Positions 36,679 to 47,280 of a stretch of 64,000 bases of DNA are shown piece after piece. Source of the stretch: Alphaproteobacteria bacterium. Lineage in GTDB: Bacteria > Pseudomonadota > Alphaproteobacteria > Rickettsiales > UBA8987. Location of the stretch: NCBI GenBank assembly GCA_030429625.1, contig JAUIFA010000001.1, positions 33,306-97,305 of the forward strand, in the 5' to 3' direction. Each line of letters opens with the position of its first letter. Positions within the stretch are counted from its first letter, which is position 1. The notes under the pieces were generated by a model that saw only the letters and a list, made by a program, of their open reading frames with translations, did no database searches and was not told the DNA's origin. The translations under genes were made by a program, and so were the position numbers.

Positions 36679-37569
36679 ATGTATGAAAACATAATTGAAA
36701 AAATAGAACAGCACAAAATAGCCCATAAGGTGGTGCTAAATGGTAATCCTAGCAAGGTTCTGCTTTCTCCCTATAATGTTAAGATCACGTTCAGTGACGA
36801 TGGTTATGCCACATTTGGTGCGGGCTCGTCTGGCCTTTTCCACAACCTTAGCACTTATGGCAGTGTGCAAAAAGGTCATACGGTGGAAATTGGGGGATAT
36901 TGTGAGTTTTCAGACAATGTTGAGATTATCTGTGGCGGGGAGCATCCTAATGACCAGATCCTAAACTGTTCTTTTTCTTCTCAGCCGGATCAAATGGCCA
37001 AATTAAGGCAGAAAAAAGTAGCCATTGAGGACAATACCAGCAAGGGGAAAATCACCATTGGCTCTAATGTGACCATTTCTTCTGGGGCAAAAATCCTCTC
37101 AGGAGTAAGCATTGGTCACGGTGCGGTTATTGGTGCAGGGGCAATTGTCACTAAGGATATACCGCCCTTTGCCGTTGCGGTTGGCAATCCGGCCAACGTT
37201 GTTAAATACCGTTTTGACGAAGAGACAATTAAGGATTTGCTTCACATACGATGGTGGGATTTTAAACAAGACTATTTGTTTGAGCATTTTGAAAAATTGC
37301 AACAATGCGATAAGTCTAATATTCGTAACCGCTATAAAAAGACGGCACAATCGGAATATAATAACCCCAATAATTTTATTGTGTTTAAAACAGGAGGGGA
37401 GGCTAATCCTAAGGGGTTGCAATTTTCTGGGGCAGAAGTGGGTGGAAATTTTATTGCGGCCAAGGATCTGCCAGAGGAATTTAAATTTTTTATTAGCCAG
37501 TTTGGTTTGGCAAATAAGCCGATTTATCTTATAAAGGACATATTCAAGTTTTCCGGTATGGAGGGATAA
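36679..37569 (+). CDS. Hexapeptide-repeat (LbH) acetyltransferase, CatB/Vat-like core with extra N- and C-terminal regions
   Basis: 296 aa with the core ITIGSNVTISSGAKILSGVSIGHGAVIGAGAIVTKDIPPFAVAVGNPANVVKYRF...IRWWDF. About 90 unassigned residues follow the core. Confidence 0.75.
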   Translation: MYENIIEKIEQHKIAHKVVLNGNPSKVLLSPYNVKITFSDDGYATFGAGSSGLFHNLSTYGSVQKGHTVEIGGYCEFSDNVEIICGGEHPNDQILNCSFSSQPDQMAKLRQKKVAIEDNTSKGKITIGSNVTISSGAKILSGVSIGHGAVIGAGAIVTKDIPPFAVAVGNPANVVKYRFDEETIKDLLHIRWWDFKQDYLFEHFEKLQQCDKSNIRNRYKKTAQSEYNNPNNFIVFKTGGEANPKGLQFSGAEVGGNFIAAKDLPEEFKFFISQFGLANKPIYLIKDIFKFSGMEG

Positions 37570-37573
37570 TACT

Positions 37574-38167
37574 ATGTTTCCTAAAGAAAATGATAATCCG
37601 TTTGAGGTATTTGCCAGTTGGTATAAAGAGGCAGAAGACTGTAAGCAGATTACTCAGCCTGATGCGGTGAATTTGGCAACCGCCACCAAGGAGGCGATTC
37701 CCTCCTCACGCATGGTGTTATTGAAGGGATATAACAAAGACGGCTTTGTGTTTTTTACCAATTATGGCAGTCGCAAAGCAGCAGAATTGCAGGATAATCC
37801 TCACGCAGCACTGTGTTTCTTTTGGCAGCAGATCGGCAAGCAGATCCGCATTACCGGTAAGGTGGAGAAAGTCAGTCCAGAAGAATCAGACGAATATTTT
37901 GCCAGTCGGCCAAAGCAAAGCCAGATTGGGGCATGGGCGTCTAAACAATCCCAACCGCTTGGTGGAAAAAAAGAGTTGCTGGCGGAAGTGGCAAAAATCG
38001 GGATTAAATACAATATAGGCACTGTCCCTCGTCCGCAATTTTGGGGTGGTTATCGGCTCATCCCCGATGCGATAGAATTTTGGCAATTGGGCGATTTTCG
38101 TATTCATGACCGGATGGTCTTCCAACGAAGCGGGCAAAGCTGGAACGTTCAGCGTTTATATCCTTAA
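37574..38167 (+). CDS. pdxH: Pyridoxamine 5'-phosphate oxidase
   Basis: 197 aa with PSSRMVLLKG, GFVFFTNY.SRK, IEFWQ and a C-terminal RLYP. Confidence 0.93.
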   Translation: MFPKENDNPFEVFASWYKEAEDCKQITQPDAVNLATATKEAIPSSRMVLLKGYNKDGFVFFTNYGSRKAAELQDNPHAALCFFWQQIGKQIRITGKVEKVSPEESDEYFASRPKQSQIGAWASKQSQPLGGKKELLAEVAKIGIKYNIGTVPRPQFWGGYRLIPDAIEFWQLGDFRIHDRMVFQRSGQSWNVQRLYP

Positions 38168-39169
38168 GAGATTAGTAATCTTTTCTTGGGTTTTATCTCG
38201 GTCTATAAAGGATTTTATGGGGTTAAGCTTTTCGTAAGATCGTTTTAACCTGCGTGCGGATTTTTTGCTTAGATCGCTTGCTTTAGAGGCAATTTCAAGC
38301 ATTTCATCCATGTTTCCGTTACAATGTAAGATAACATCACAGCCCGCCGTGAGGCACTTTTCTGCTCTTGTGGCAAATTCGCCCTCAAGTGCCTTCATCG
38401 AAAGATCATCGCTAAGCAACAATCCCTCAAAGCCAATTTGTGTGCGGATATAGTCAATCACCAAGGGGGACATGGTGGCACAATGATTGGGGTCAAGCAT
38501 GGTGTAGCTTATGTGTGCCGTCATGGCAATGGGCATATCACACAGCATTTTAAAAGGGGTAAAATCGGTGCGTTCCAGAATATCAATGGCCGCTTCAACC
38601 TTCGGCAAGGCGAGGTGGCTGTCTACTGTAGCACGACCATGCCCCGGGATATGCTTGATAACGGGCAGAACAGCTGCGTCCATCAAGCCATCGCAAACAG
38701 CTCTGCCCAATATGGCAACTTGTTTTGGTTCATTTCCTAAGGCGCGGTCACCGATAATATCGTCGCTTCCGGCAACAGGAATATCCAGAACCGGCGCACA
38801 ATTAACATTGATTCCAAGTTGATGCAAATCATCACCAATCAAGCGGTAATTAAGATAAATAGCGTTCTTCGCCTTTTCCAGATCTTTTTGGGCAAGTTTA
38901 GCAAAAACATCAACCGGAGGATAGGCATCCCAATGTGGTGGAGCTAGACGGGCAACGCGTCCACCTTCCTGATCTATTAGTATGAGACAATGTTCATGGG
39001 ACACGCAGGACTTTAGCTCTTCTATGAGGGCTTTAACTTGCTCAGGATTTTCAATATTGCGGGCAAAAAGGATAAATCCCACGGGGTTGTGTTGGGTGAA
39101 GAAGTGCCTTTCCTCAGGACTAATTCTGGTGGAACTACATCCAAAAATGACAGATTTAGGTGGTTTCAT
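38156..39169 (-). CDS. nagZ: Beta-N-acetylhexosaminidase (GH3)
   Basis: 337 aa with IDQEGGRV, KHIPGHGRATVDSH and LLLSDDLSMKAL. Confidence 0.9.
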   Translation of the reverse strand: MKPPKSVIFGCSSTRISPEERHFFTQHNPVGFILFARNIENPEQVKALIEELKSCVSHEHCLILIDQEGGRVARLAPPHWDAYPPVDVFAKLAQKDLEKAKNAIYLNYRLIGDDLHQLGINVNCAPVLDIPVAGSDDIIGDRALGNEPKQVAILGRAVCDGLMDAAVLPVIKHIPGHGRATVDSHLALPKVEAAIDILERTDFTPFKMLCDMPIAMTAHISYTMLDPNHCATMSPLVIDYIRTQIGFEGLLLSDDLSMKALEGEFATRAEKCLTAGCDVILHCNGNMDEMLEIASKASDLSKKSARRLKRSYEKLNPIKSFIDRDKTQEKITNLLRI

Positions 39170-39216
39170 ATATATAAGTACTCTCTAATATTAGACATTA
39201 TTTATTTCTAATATAG

Positions 39217-40272
39217 TTAGCGGGCAACAAAGCAACCCTGCCCTTTCACATTTAGGGTTTTACACAGATTGATGGCATCGTCCTTATCTCGGAAAGGGCC
39301 GGCAAGCAGGCGGTAATACACACCTTTTGGCCCAAGATCAACGGTCTTGATTGAAAGAGCCAGCGCACTTAATTCCTTAGGATAACGCTTTTTAAGGACT
39401 TCCCAACCCTTTTTAACGCTGGCACTTGACTGGTACGAACCCAGTTGAATAAGCACACTGCCATGGCGGATATTACTAACTATCGTATTGACCTTTGTAA
39501 CACGTTTGATCGTAGGAATTGTGGGTTCTTTCTTCACAGCGACTGCTTGCGTAGATGTGCCGCTTGGCTTGGTCGGCACACCAGAGAGAATAACCCTTTT
39601 GTAACGTGGATCGTAGGAATGGGTTTTGGTGGCTTTGATTCTTTTAAAAATCTGTTTAATGCTATCAGGTTTATGCATTGGTACAATTTCCGGCTGATCC
39701 GACGCAGGTTCAACGGAAGACAATTCAAGCACTTTATTAAAGCTTTCTTCCTGCAATTTTTCAACCTTCTTAGGCTCTTCGATTTCCTTGGCCTGATTGG
39801 CAATTTTTTCTGCCAGCGCACGCATTTCGGGGGACATTTTTAGGGGCACTTCTTTCAGCTTTGCCGTCTTAATTGAACTGTTGGGAGTATTCTTTTCTTC
39901 ATGCTTGGGAGGAATAACAGTAATTGTGGCTTCTTCAATCTGGATTGGCTCCTCGGGTGGCGGTGCCATTTTAGCGTCACTCAAATCGATCACGTCAGTA
40001 CGCTTTGGGTTAATATCGGTGGTAATTTCATCGTAGAGCTTTATCTCAGTGTTATCAACCTTCATACCGCCGGGATCTGTTGGTTTAATTTTAAAGGGAC
40101 TTTTATCTGCTTTTATGACAGGAAGGTTAGTATAATCCACCGGATTACGATTTTCTTCATTGGCAAACCACCCCAACACCACCAGCCCGGCAAAGATACT
40201 AAGCATAATCAATGTTGTTAGAGTTTTTCTAACAAAGCTCTGTCCTTCAATTAACGGAGCATCGGTTGCCAT
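39217..40272 (-). CDS. SPOR domain-containing membrane protein
   Basis: 351 aa with an N-terminal TM anchor, a low-complexity linker and a C-terminal SPOR-like domain (VLIQLGSYQSSASVKKGWEVL...YRLLAGPFRDKDDAINLCKTL). Sits in the conserved argS-SPOR-nagZ position. Confidence 0.75.
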   Translation of the reverse strand: MATDAPLIEGQSFVRKTLTTLIMLSIFAGLVVLGWFANEENRNPVDYTNLPVIKADKSPFKIKPTDPGGMKVDNTEIKLYDEITTDINPKRTDVIDLSDAKMAPPPEEPIQIEEATITVIPPKHEEKNTPNSSIKTAKLKEVPLKMSPEMRALAEKIANQAKEIEEPKKVEKLQEESFNKVLELSSVEPASDQPEIVPMHKPDSIKQIFKRIKATKTHSYDPRYKRVILSGVPTKPSGTSTQAVAVKKEPTIPTIKRVTKVNTIVSNIRHGSVLIQLGSYQSSASVKKGWEVLKKRYPKELSALALSIKTVDLGPKGVYYRLLAGPFRDKDDAINLCKTLNVKGQGCFVAR

Positions 40273-40311
40273 AATTACTTCTCTATTGATATTAGTTTAT
40301 AATCGTATTTA

Positions 40312-42048
40312 CTACATTTCTCTAACAGGTTCAACACCCATAACCTGCAAAGCAGATGCAATTGTTATGGCGCATGATTTAATCAGTGCCAAACGCGCCT
40401 GAGTTAATTCGGGTTCATCTTCTATAATAAAGCGCAAGCTTCCATCGTCTTTGCCGGCGTTCCATAAAGAATGGAAACTTGCGGCAAGTTCTTGCAGGTA
40501 AAACGCAATGCGATGTGCCTCCACATGTTTGGCAGCAGCTTCCACAATGCGTGGCCATTGGGCGATCATGTTCATAAGTGCCAATTCATGCGGGTTGGTC
40601 AATAAAGAGAGATTTGGATTGTCTGAAAGGGTCACATCGCTGTTACGCAACACAGAATGAATCCGCGCGTGGGCGTATTGCACATAGAACACCGGATTGT
40701 CTTTAGACTGTTCCCTGACCTTCTGCAGATCAAAATCCAGTGTGGCATCGGATTTGCGCGTCAGCATAATAAAGCGCAGCACGTCTTTGCCTACCACATC
40801 GACCACATCGCGTACAGTGACGTACATGCCCGCCCGTTTGGACATTTTTACCGGCTGTCCGTCCTCGCTTAAATTCACCAATTGATAAATCAACACATCA
40901 ATATGGGCTTTGCGGTCGCTCAAAGCCGAAACAGCGGCCTGTAGACGTTTCACATAGCCGCCATGATCCGCGCCCAGCGCAATGACCATTTTGTTAAACC
41001 CGCGTGAGATTTTATCAGCATGGTAGGCAATGTCGGAGGCAAAATAAGTGTAGCTGCCGTCCGATTTGATCAATGGGCGATCGACATCGTCACCATAATC
41101 AGTAGAGCGGAACAAGGTTTGTTCTCTTTCTTCCCAATCGTCTGGTTTTTGACCCTTAGGTGGTTCTAACACGCCTTGATAAATAAGCCCTTTTTCTTTT
41201 AATAGTTCGATGCCTCTGGCCACCGCACCTTTGTCTTGCAGGGACTTCTCGCTGGTAAAGACGTCGTGCACTACGCCCAGATCGGCCAGATCCAGCTTAA
41301 TCAGTTCCAGCATGGCTTCTAAGGCAAATTCTTTGAGTATGGGAAGCCACGCTTTCTCTTCCTGATCCACATATTCATGACCATGAATTTGGGCGAAGGA
41401 TTCCCCTACCACTTTCAGATATTCTCCGGGATATAAGCCTTCGGGGATCTCACCAATGTCTTTGCCCAATGCCTCGCAATAGCGTAAATAGGCTGAGCGT
41501 GCCAACATATCCACCTGTGCCCCAGCGTCATTGATATAAAATTCTTTGGTGATGTTGTATCCGGCTTTGATCAACAAACGTGCTGTAGCGTCTCCTACCA
41601 CCGCACCACGTGCATGGCCAATATGCATCGGGCCAGTAGGGTTGGCCGAAACATATTCAATGTTCACCGCTTGGCCGTTGCCCATCTCGCTGTTGCCATA
41701 GCCGATACCGTTTTCAAGAACATGTGTAATGACGGAGTGTAATACAGAAATATTTAAGCGCAGGTTAATAAAACCCGGACCGGCTATTTCTACAGAGTCT
41801 ATGCCTTCAATATTCTGTAAAACAGGCTGCAACAGCTCTGCCAATTGGTGTGGGTTCATCCCTGCCTTTTTAGCCACGACCATTGCCGCATTGGTAGCAA
41901 TGTCCCCATGAGAAGGGTCGCGCGGGGGTTCAGCGGTCACTGAAGAAAAATCTGCCAGCTCTTTGATGTCTTGTGGCAAGGCATCTTCAATAATCAGACG
42001 ATCCAGCGCGGCGAGGATGTGGGTTTGATAGTGTTTGTAAATATTCAT
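40312..42048 (-). CDS. argS: Arginine--tRNA ligase
   Basis: 578 aa with the class I HIGH motif ([14 protein letters not shown]) and KMSKR. Confidence 0.96.
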   Translation of the reverse strand: MNIYKHYQTHILAALDRLIIEDALPQDIKELADFSSVTAEPPRDPSHGDIATNAAMVVAKKAGMNPHQLAELLQPVLQNIEGIDSVEIAGPGFINLRLNISVLHSVITHVLENGIGYGNSEMGNGQAVNIEYVSANPTGPMHIGHARGAVVGDATARLLIKAGYNITKEFYINDAGAQVDMLARSAYLRYCEALGKDIGEIPEGLYPGEYLKVVGESFAQIHGHEYVDQEEKAWLPILKEFALEAMLELIKLDLADLGVVHDVFTSEKSLQDKGAVARGIELLKEKGLIYQGVLEPPKGQKPDDWEEREQTLFRSTDYGDDVDRPLIKSDGSYTYFASDIAYHADKISRGFNKMVIALGADHGGYVKRLQAAVSALSDRKAHIDVLIYQLVNLSEDGQPVKMSKRAGMYVTVRDVVDVVGKDVLRFIMLTRKSDATLDFDLQKVREQSKDNPVFYVQYAHARIHSVLRNSDVTLSDNPNLSLLTNPHELALMNMIAQWPRIVEAAAKHVEAHRIAFYLQELAASFHSLWNAGKDDGSLRFIIEDEPELTQARLALIKSCAITIASALQVMGVEPVREM

Positions 42049-42053
42049 AGATA

Positions 42054-43649
42054 TTACGCCGCCTCTTGCTGTTTGACCAATTCACCGCGTAAGGCTTTTT
42101 CTATCAATATGCAGCTGGCTTCACGGCCATACAGTGCAATGAAGCTACCCATTCTGGGGCCTTGTGTTTCTCCAAGAAGGATTTCATACAACGCTTTAAA
42201 CCAGTCACGCAGATTTTCAAAACCATGGTCATTTCCTACCGCAAAGACTGTGTTTTGAAATTCTTCAGCCGTCGCATCGTTTTCAATCAAACCAAGACGG
42301 TTGAGTAAATCTTCAATGGCTTTGTGCTCTTTTTCATCTGGTAGACGGTACTGTTTGTTGGGTTTGACAAAATCTTCGTAATAGGCCACGGCATATTCGG
42401 CAAGCTTGTCCAGCAATGGCGTATTTTCTGGTGTGACATCCGGCGCGTAGGAGCTAATGAACCCCCACAGAACGGATTTGTCTTCTGGGTTGCACGCGCT
42501 GGCTAGATTCAGCAACAGGCCAAAGGTCACCGGAATGTTATGATCCGGTGTGTTGGCGTTGTGAATGTGCCAAACCGGATTGGCCAGTTTTTTAACCTCT
42601 TCTTGGTCACCAATTTTTCTCAGATGGGTGAGATATTCGTCTACCGACTTAGGAATCACATCAAAATGCAAGCGTTTGGCTTTTTGCGGGCTGGCAAAAA
42701 GGAAGGTGGCCAGGCTTTCGGGCGTGCCATATTTAAGCCACTCTTCCATGCTCAATCCGTTGCCTTTGGATTTGGAAATTTTTCTACCTTCTGCGTCCAA
42801 AAACAATTCGTACACGTAATTGATCGGCGGATTGCCGCCAATGGTTTTGCAAATTCCCGCAGAAAGCTCTGCCGAAGGAGTCAAATCTTTGCCATGCATT
42901 TCATAATCCACGCCAAGAGCCGCCCAGCGCATGCCCCAATCGGGCTTCCACTGCAGCTTGCATTTGCCACCCGTGACTTCGGTTTCTACTTCCTCACCCT
43001 GCTTATTAAGATAGGTAATGGTACCTTTTTGGGCATTGGTGGCAACAATTTTGGTTTGCAACACTTCGCGTGTGTCCGGGCAGATGGGCATAAATGGGCT
43101 GTAGGTTTCACGGCGCTCTTCGCCCAAAGTCGGCAACATAATGGCTTGCACCTGCTCGTAATGGGTCACCACTTCCAGCAGCGCTTGGTCAAACACACCA
43201 TTTTTATAGCACTCGGTGGAGCTTTTAAATTCATAATCAAAGCCATATTGATCCAAAAACTGACGCAGTCGATTGTTCATGTGTGCGCCAAAACTCTCAT
43301 GCGTGCCGAACGGATCAGGAATTTCAGTCAATGGTTTGCCTAGATTTTCAGCAATCATTTCTTGGTTGGGCAAATTGTCCGGTACTTTACGTAAACCATC
43401 CATGTCGTCAGAAAAGGCAAACAGCTTGGTGGGAATGTCGCTAAGTTTTTTAAACGCTTGACGCACCAAGGTAGTACGCAACACTTCGGCAAAGGTACCA
43501 ATATGCGGCAAGCCGGACGGGCCGTAGCCAGTTTCAAACAAAACATAGCCTTTTTCCGGCGGATTCTTTTCAAGCCGTTCTACCAGTTTTCCCGCCTCAA
43601 TAAAAGGCCAAGCATTGCTTTTGAGTGCTTCTTCCAAGTTTAGTGTCAT
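42054..43649 (-). CDS. lysK: Lysine--tRNA ligase, class I
   Basis: 531 aa with the class I Rossmann signatures [13 protein letters not shown] and KISKSKG, and class I LysRS length and architecture. Confidence 0.93.
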   Translation of the reverse strand: MTLNLEEALKSNAWPFIEAGKLVERLEKNPPEKGYVLFETGYGPSGLPHIGTFAEVLRTTLVRQAFKKLSDIPTKLFAFSDDMDGLRKVPDNLPNQEMIAENLGKPLTEIPDPFGTHESFGAHMNNRLRQFLDQYGFDYEFKSSTECYKNGVFDQALLEVVTHYEQVQAIMLPTLGEERRETYSPFMPICPDTREVLQTKIVATNAQKGTITYLNKQGEEVETEVTGGKCKLQWKPDWGMRWAALGVDYEMHGKDLTPSAELSAGICKTIGGNPPINYVYELFLDAEGRKISKSKGNGLSMEEWLKYGTPESLATFLFASPQKAKRLHFDVIPKSVDEYLTHLRKIGDQEEVKKLANPVWHIHNANTPDHNIPVTFGLLLNLASACNPEDKSVLWGFISSYAPDVTPENTPLLDKLAEYAVAYYEDFVKPNKQYRLPDEKEHKAIEDLLNRLGLIENDATAEEFQNTVFAVGNDHGFENLRDWFKALYEILLGETQGPRMGSFIALYGREASCILIEKALRGELVKQQEAA

Positions 43650-43715
43650 AATATTCAGACTCTCATTTATGGTTTGCGCATGAGCATAGGCAAAAGATGT
43701 CAGAAGTCAATATTG

Positions 43716-44633
43716 CTATTGTTTGTACGAGGAAAATAGCCCAACCACACATCCCTTGGCTGCGTTATATAATTTAGAGAATTTGTTTTCTTCGCATAAA
43801 ATAATACGTGCAACATCATATAGGCTGGCAAGAATATCATAGAAAATATAGGAGGGAACCTTTAATAGATAACGTTTCCAAACAATAACGCGGTTGCGGT
43901 AGATAGTATATCGGCGTTGGGGAGAGTGGTTGGTGGCTGTAAGAGTAATTCCCGCTATTCCATGTTCGGTTTTGGCGCCTAGATTGTGATGTAGAATGGC
44001 ATTTTTAACTGCAATAATGTGATAATTATTTTCGATCAGCCTCAAACAATATTCCGTGTCTATGTAATCAATGAAAAAATCTTCATGCATCAAACCCTGT
44101 TCTTTCAGGACAGATGTTTTAAGAAGGCTACCAGATGCAATTGCACACAGAATATCAAGAATGGGCTCCTGCCCAAATTCAGACCTTTTAAAGAAAATAC
44201 TCCCATTACGTATAATATATTTGGGGTGATAATTCTTTAGATTTTCATGAATATATGGCGCAATAATCGCAATCTCAGAGCCATTGGGCTGATGGAGGTA
44301 GGCCTGCTTCATGTTTTTCACCATATTCTTTTCTGGGCGGCTGTCATCGTCAAGCAGCAAAATCCACTGGGCATTTTGCTCCATCGCTCTTTTTATCCCA
44401 ATGTTCTGTGCCTTGCTTAGGCCAAGATTGTGGCTGTTTAAAATTAAAATAGTTTTTTCGACATGTTCCTTAACAAAGGCTTTGAGCTTTTCCTGTATGC
44501 TCAGATTGGAATGGTTGTCGACGATGATAAGAGCTTCCACCTGAGTAATGACCGCCTGAAGATTGTCAATAAAGCGACTGTCAGGATTATAGGTGACAAT
44601 GATTGCGGTGATGTTTCCAAAATTAGTGTTCAT
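43716..44633 (-). CDS. Family 2 glycosyltransferase (rhamnosyltransferase-like)
   Basis: 305 aa with ITAIIVTYNPD, IVDNHSN, LLDDDS and IDYIDTEYCLR. Confidence 0.8.
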   Translation of the reverse strand: MNTNFGNITAIIVTYNPDSRFIDNLQAVITQVEALIIVDNHSNLSIQEKLKAFVKEHVEKTILILNSHNLGLSKAQNIGIKRAMEQNAQWILLLDDDSRPEKNMVKNMKQAYLHQPNGSEIAIIAPYIHENLKNYHPKYIIRNGSIFFKRSEFGQEPILDILCAIASGSLLKTSVLKEQGLMHEDFFIDYIDTEYCLRLIENNYHIIAVKNAILHHNLGAKTEHGIAGITLTATNHSPQRRYTIYRNRVIVWKRYLLKVPSYIFYDILASLYDVARIILCEENKFSKLYNAAKGCVVGLFSSYKQ

Positions 44634-44760
44634 TATGGTATAAAATAATCCCTAAAAGCCTAAAAACATACAGGTTATAAAGTGTTTTTATTGAATAAAC
44701 ATAGATTATACTTATCCTAAACACGATATATCCTATATGTTTAACAGGAAAGGAAAATAA

Positions 44761-45171
44761 ATGAAAAAGATTATTATAATTGGCATTGTGGTTTCCCAGA
44801 TGCTCCTAAGCTTTTCTTGGGCTGCGGGGGAAGAAAATCTGCCCTACCGGACGATCAGTTTGAAGAAATTGCAGGAAAGGCAAGACAAAAACCCCAACCT
44901 TATTATCATTGATACGCGTGGTGGAAAGACATTTGATGGGGTGATGATAAAAGATGCGGTGAACCTTCCAACACACGATATTGACAATGAACGATTGGCA
45001 CAGATAGTGCCACATAAAGACAATGAGGTGGTGTTTTATTGTACGAACATACGTTGCCCGGCCAGTGAGCTTGCCGCCTATAAGGCCAACAGCTTTGGCT
45101 ACACCAACCTTTATGTTTTTAAAGAAGGGATTGAGTTGTGGCGCGCCAAAAGATTGCCCACAAACAAATAA
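44761..45171 (+). CDS. Secreted/periplasmic rhodanese-domain protein
   Basis: 136 aa with a signal peptide (LLSFSWA|A) and a rhodanese active-site loop, VVFYCTNIRCPAS. Confidence 0.75.
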   Translation: MKKIIIIGIVVSQMLLSFSWAAGEENLPYRTISLKKLQERQDKNPNLIIIDTRGGKTFDGVMIKDAVNLPTHDIDNERLAQIVPHKDNEVVFYCTNIRCPASELAAYKANSFGYTNLYVFKEGIELWRAKRLPTNK

Positions 45172-45243
45172 CGGGTTTAATAATCCTTTACGATACGCCA
45201 AGTTTGGGTTATGTACCCGTATGTTAGTAATGAAGAGGCAGTT

Positions 45244-45903
45244 ATGGCTGGTAAAAAACAAATAATAATTGCGTTGCCAAAAGGCAGAATATTGGATGAG
45301 CTTGTTCCAATGCTTGGTAAGTTTAACATCATCCCTGAGGAAAGCTTCTTTGACCAAGAATGCCGTCAGCTGTCTTTTGCTACCAACCGTGAGCATATCA
45401 ACATCATTCGCGTACGTAGTTTTGATGTGGCCACGTTTGTGGCTTATGGCGCGGCGCAGATTGGTGTTGCCGGTAAAGATGTGTTGATGGAGTTTGACTA
45501 TCCGGATATTTACTCCCCCATTGATCTGGGTATTGGCAAATGCCGCATGTCCATTGCAGCACCTAAAGAACTGGCAGAAGACAGCCAAATGTGGAGCCAG
45601 AGTCATATCAGAGTAGCCACCAAATATCCCAATATCACCAAGAAATTTTTTGCCGACAGGGGGCTTCAGGCCGAATGTATTAAGCTCAATGGAGCCATTG
45701 AACTGGCACCCAAATTAGGGCTCTGTCGTAGGATTGTCGATTTGGTCAGCACGGGTGGAACGCTTAAAGCCAACGGATTGGTGGAAGTGGAAAAAATCGC
45801 AGACATATCTTCGCGTTTGATCGTCAATCGTAGTGCATTTAAAACCATGGGTGAAGAAATTGGTGAAATTGTTTCTGGTTTTACAGAGGCGACCTATGGT
45901 TAA
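45244..45903 (+). CDS. hisG: ATP phosphoribosyltransferase, short form
   Basis: [32 protein letters not shown] and [14 protein letters not shown]. The start is moved to ATG 45244 (GAAGAGG upstream). The length suggests the HisZ-dependent short form. Confidence 0.9.
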   Translation: MAGKKQIIIALPKGRILDELVPMLGKFNIIPEESFFDQECRQLSFATNREHINIIRVRSFDVATFVAYGAAQIGVAGKDVLMEFDYPDIYSPIDLGIGKCRMSIAAPKELAEDSQMWSQSHIRVATKYPNITKKFFADRGLQAECIKLNGAIELAPKLGLCRRIVDLVSTGGTLKANGLVEVEKIADISSRLIVNRSAFKTMGEEIGEIVSGFTEATYG

Positions 45904-47185
45904 TCTCCTCAACATAGAAGACATGGATTTTGAGTCGCAGCTTAATCAGCTTTTGGATGCCAAAACTGAGATGAGTCCTGAGACGCATCAAACCGTATCG
46001 CAGATTATTGCTGATATAGTAGAAAGAGGGGATGAGGCATTGTTGGAATACACCAACAAGTTTGATCGTACAAATTATGCAGTCTCAGACATTAAAGTTA
46101 GTGGGAAAGAAATTGAGGCGGCCTACCGAAGCTGTGACCCAAAAATTTTATCGGCACTTAAAACTGCCGCCAAGCGTATTGAAGGCTATCACACAAAACA
46201 AATGCCTGATGATTGCTTGTATCAGGATGCACAGGGGGTAGAGTTAGGTTGGAAGTGGAGCGCCATTGGTGCGGTTGGGTTATATGTGCCCGGTGGGTTG
46301 GCTGCTTATCCAAGCTCGGTGTTGATGAACGCAATTCCTGCAAAAGTAGCAGGAGTCAAGCGTTTGGCTATGGTTGTTCCCACACCGGATGGGGTGGTAA
46401 ACCCTGTAGTGTTGGCGGCAGCAAAAATAGCAGGCATAGACGAGATTTATAAGGTGGGTGGCGCACAGGCTGTGGCCGCCTTGGCGTATGGCACGCAAAC
46501 CATTGCGCCAGTATGTAAAATTGTGGGCCCAGGCAATGCGTATGTGGCCGCAGCAAAAACACAGGTTTTTGGTAAGGTGGGAATTGATATGATTGCCGGC
46601 CCTTCAGAAATTCTGGTGATTGCCGATAAAACAGCCAATCCGGAATGGGTGGCGATGGATTTGCTGTCGCAGGCTGAGCACGACGAAAATGCCCGTTCCA
46701 TACTCATCAGTGACGATGAGGATGTCTTGAGAGATGTGCAATTAGAGGTTGAGAACACTCTTGGGAAGCTGCAGCGTCAAGACATCGCCCGAAAGAGTTG
46801 GGAAAATAATGGTATTATTATTGCGGTTAGGGACCTTGATCAGGCGGTAGAAATCGCCAATAAAATTGCCACCGAGCATCTTGAAATATGCACTGAAGAG
46901 CCTAAGGAAATTGCCAATAAAATAACAAATGCGGGAGCAATATTTGTAGGTAAGTATACGCCAGAAGCAATTGGAGACTATATTGCAGGCCCAAGTCATG
47001 TGCTTCCAACTTCCTCAACGGCTCTGTTTTCATCGGGGCTGGGAGTGTTTGATTTTATCAAGCGTAGCTCAATTATCAATTGCTCACCTGAGGCGTTTCA
47101 TTCTGTTGCACAAGAGGCTAAAATATTAGCAGAAGAAGAAGGGCTGGATGCCCATGCAAAGTCTATTTCTATCCGCCAAGAGTAA
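45896..47185 (+). CDS. hisD: Histidinol dehydrogenase
   Basis: [22 protein letters not shown] and SQAEHDE. ATG 45896 overlaps the hisG stop. The tracked start 45833 lies inside hisG. Confidence 0.95.
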   Translation: MVNLLNIEDMDFESQLNQLLDAKTEMSPETHQTVSQIIADIVERGDEALLEYTNKFDRTNYAVSDIKVSGKEIEAAYRSCDPKILSALKTAAKRIEGYHTKQMPDDCLYQDAQGVELGWKWSAIGAVGLYVPGGLAAYPSSVLMNAIPAKVAGVKRLAMVVPTPDGVVNPVVLAAAKIAGIDEIYKVGGAQAVAALAYGTQTIAPVCKIVGPGNAYVAAAKTQVFGKVGIDMIAGPSEILVIADKTANPEWVAMDLLSQAEHDENARSILISDDEDVLRDVQLEVENTLGKLQRQDIARKSWENNGIIIAVRDLDQAVEIANKIATEHLEICTEEPKEIANKITNAGAIFVGKYTPEAIGDYIAGPSHVLPTSSTALFSSGLGVFDFIKRSSIINCSPEAFHSVAQEAKILAEEEGLDAHAKSISIRQE

Positions 47186-47280
47186 TGTACTATGTCTATA
47201 TCCTCATAAAGTTCTTGCTACCTATGGTAAAATTAGATATCAATATCTGAACATAATAAATTACGTTAGGGAAAGGTGCT

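Noticed and set aside
42540-43343. 267-aa ORF on the + strand
   Set aside because: It lies entirely antisense to the well-supported class I LysRS gene. It has no motifs and a Phe/Ile/His-rich composition typical of antisense frames. I treat it as spurious.
44806-45606. 266-aa ORF on the - strand
   Set aside because: It runs antisense across the rhodanese gene, the intergenic spacer and hisG. It has no recognisable domain and the sense genes are well supported. I treat it as spurious.
45833-45895. N-terminal extension of the hisD ORF
   Set aside because: It lies inside the hisG coding sequence. ATG 45896, which overlaps the hisG stop codon, gives a normal HisD N-terminus.
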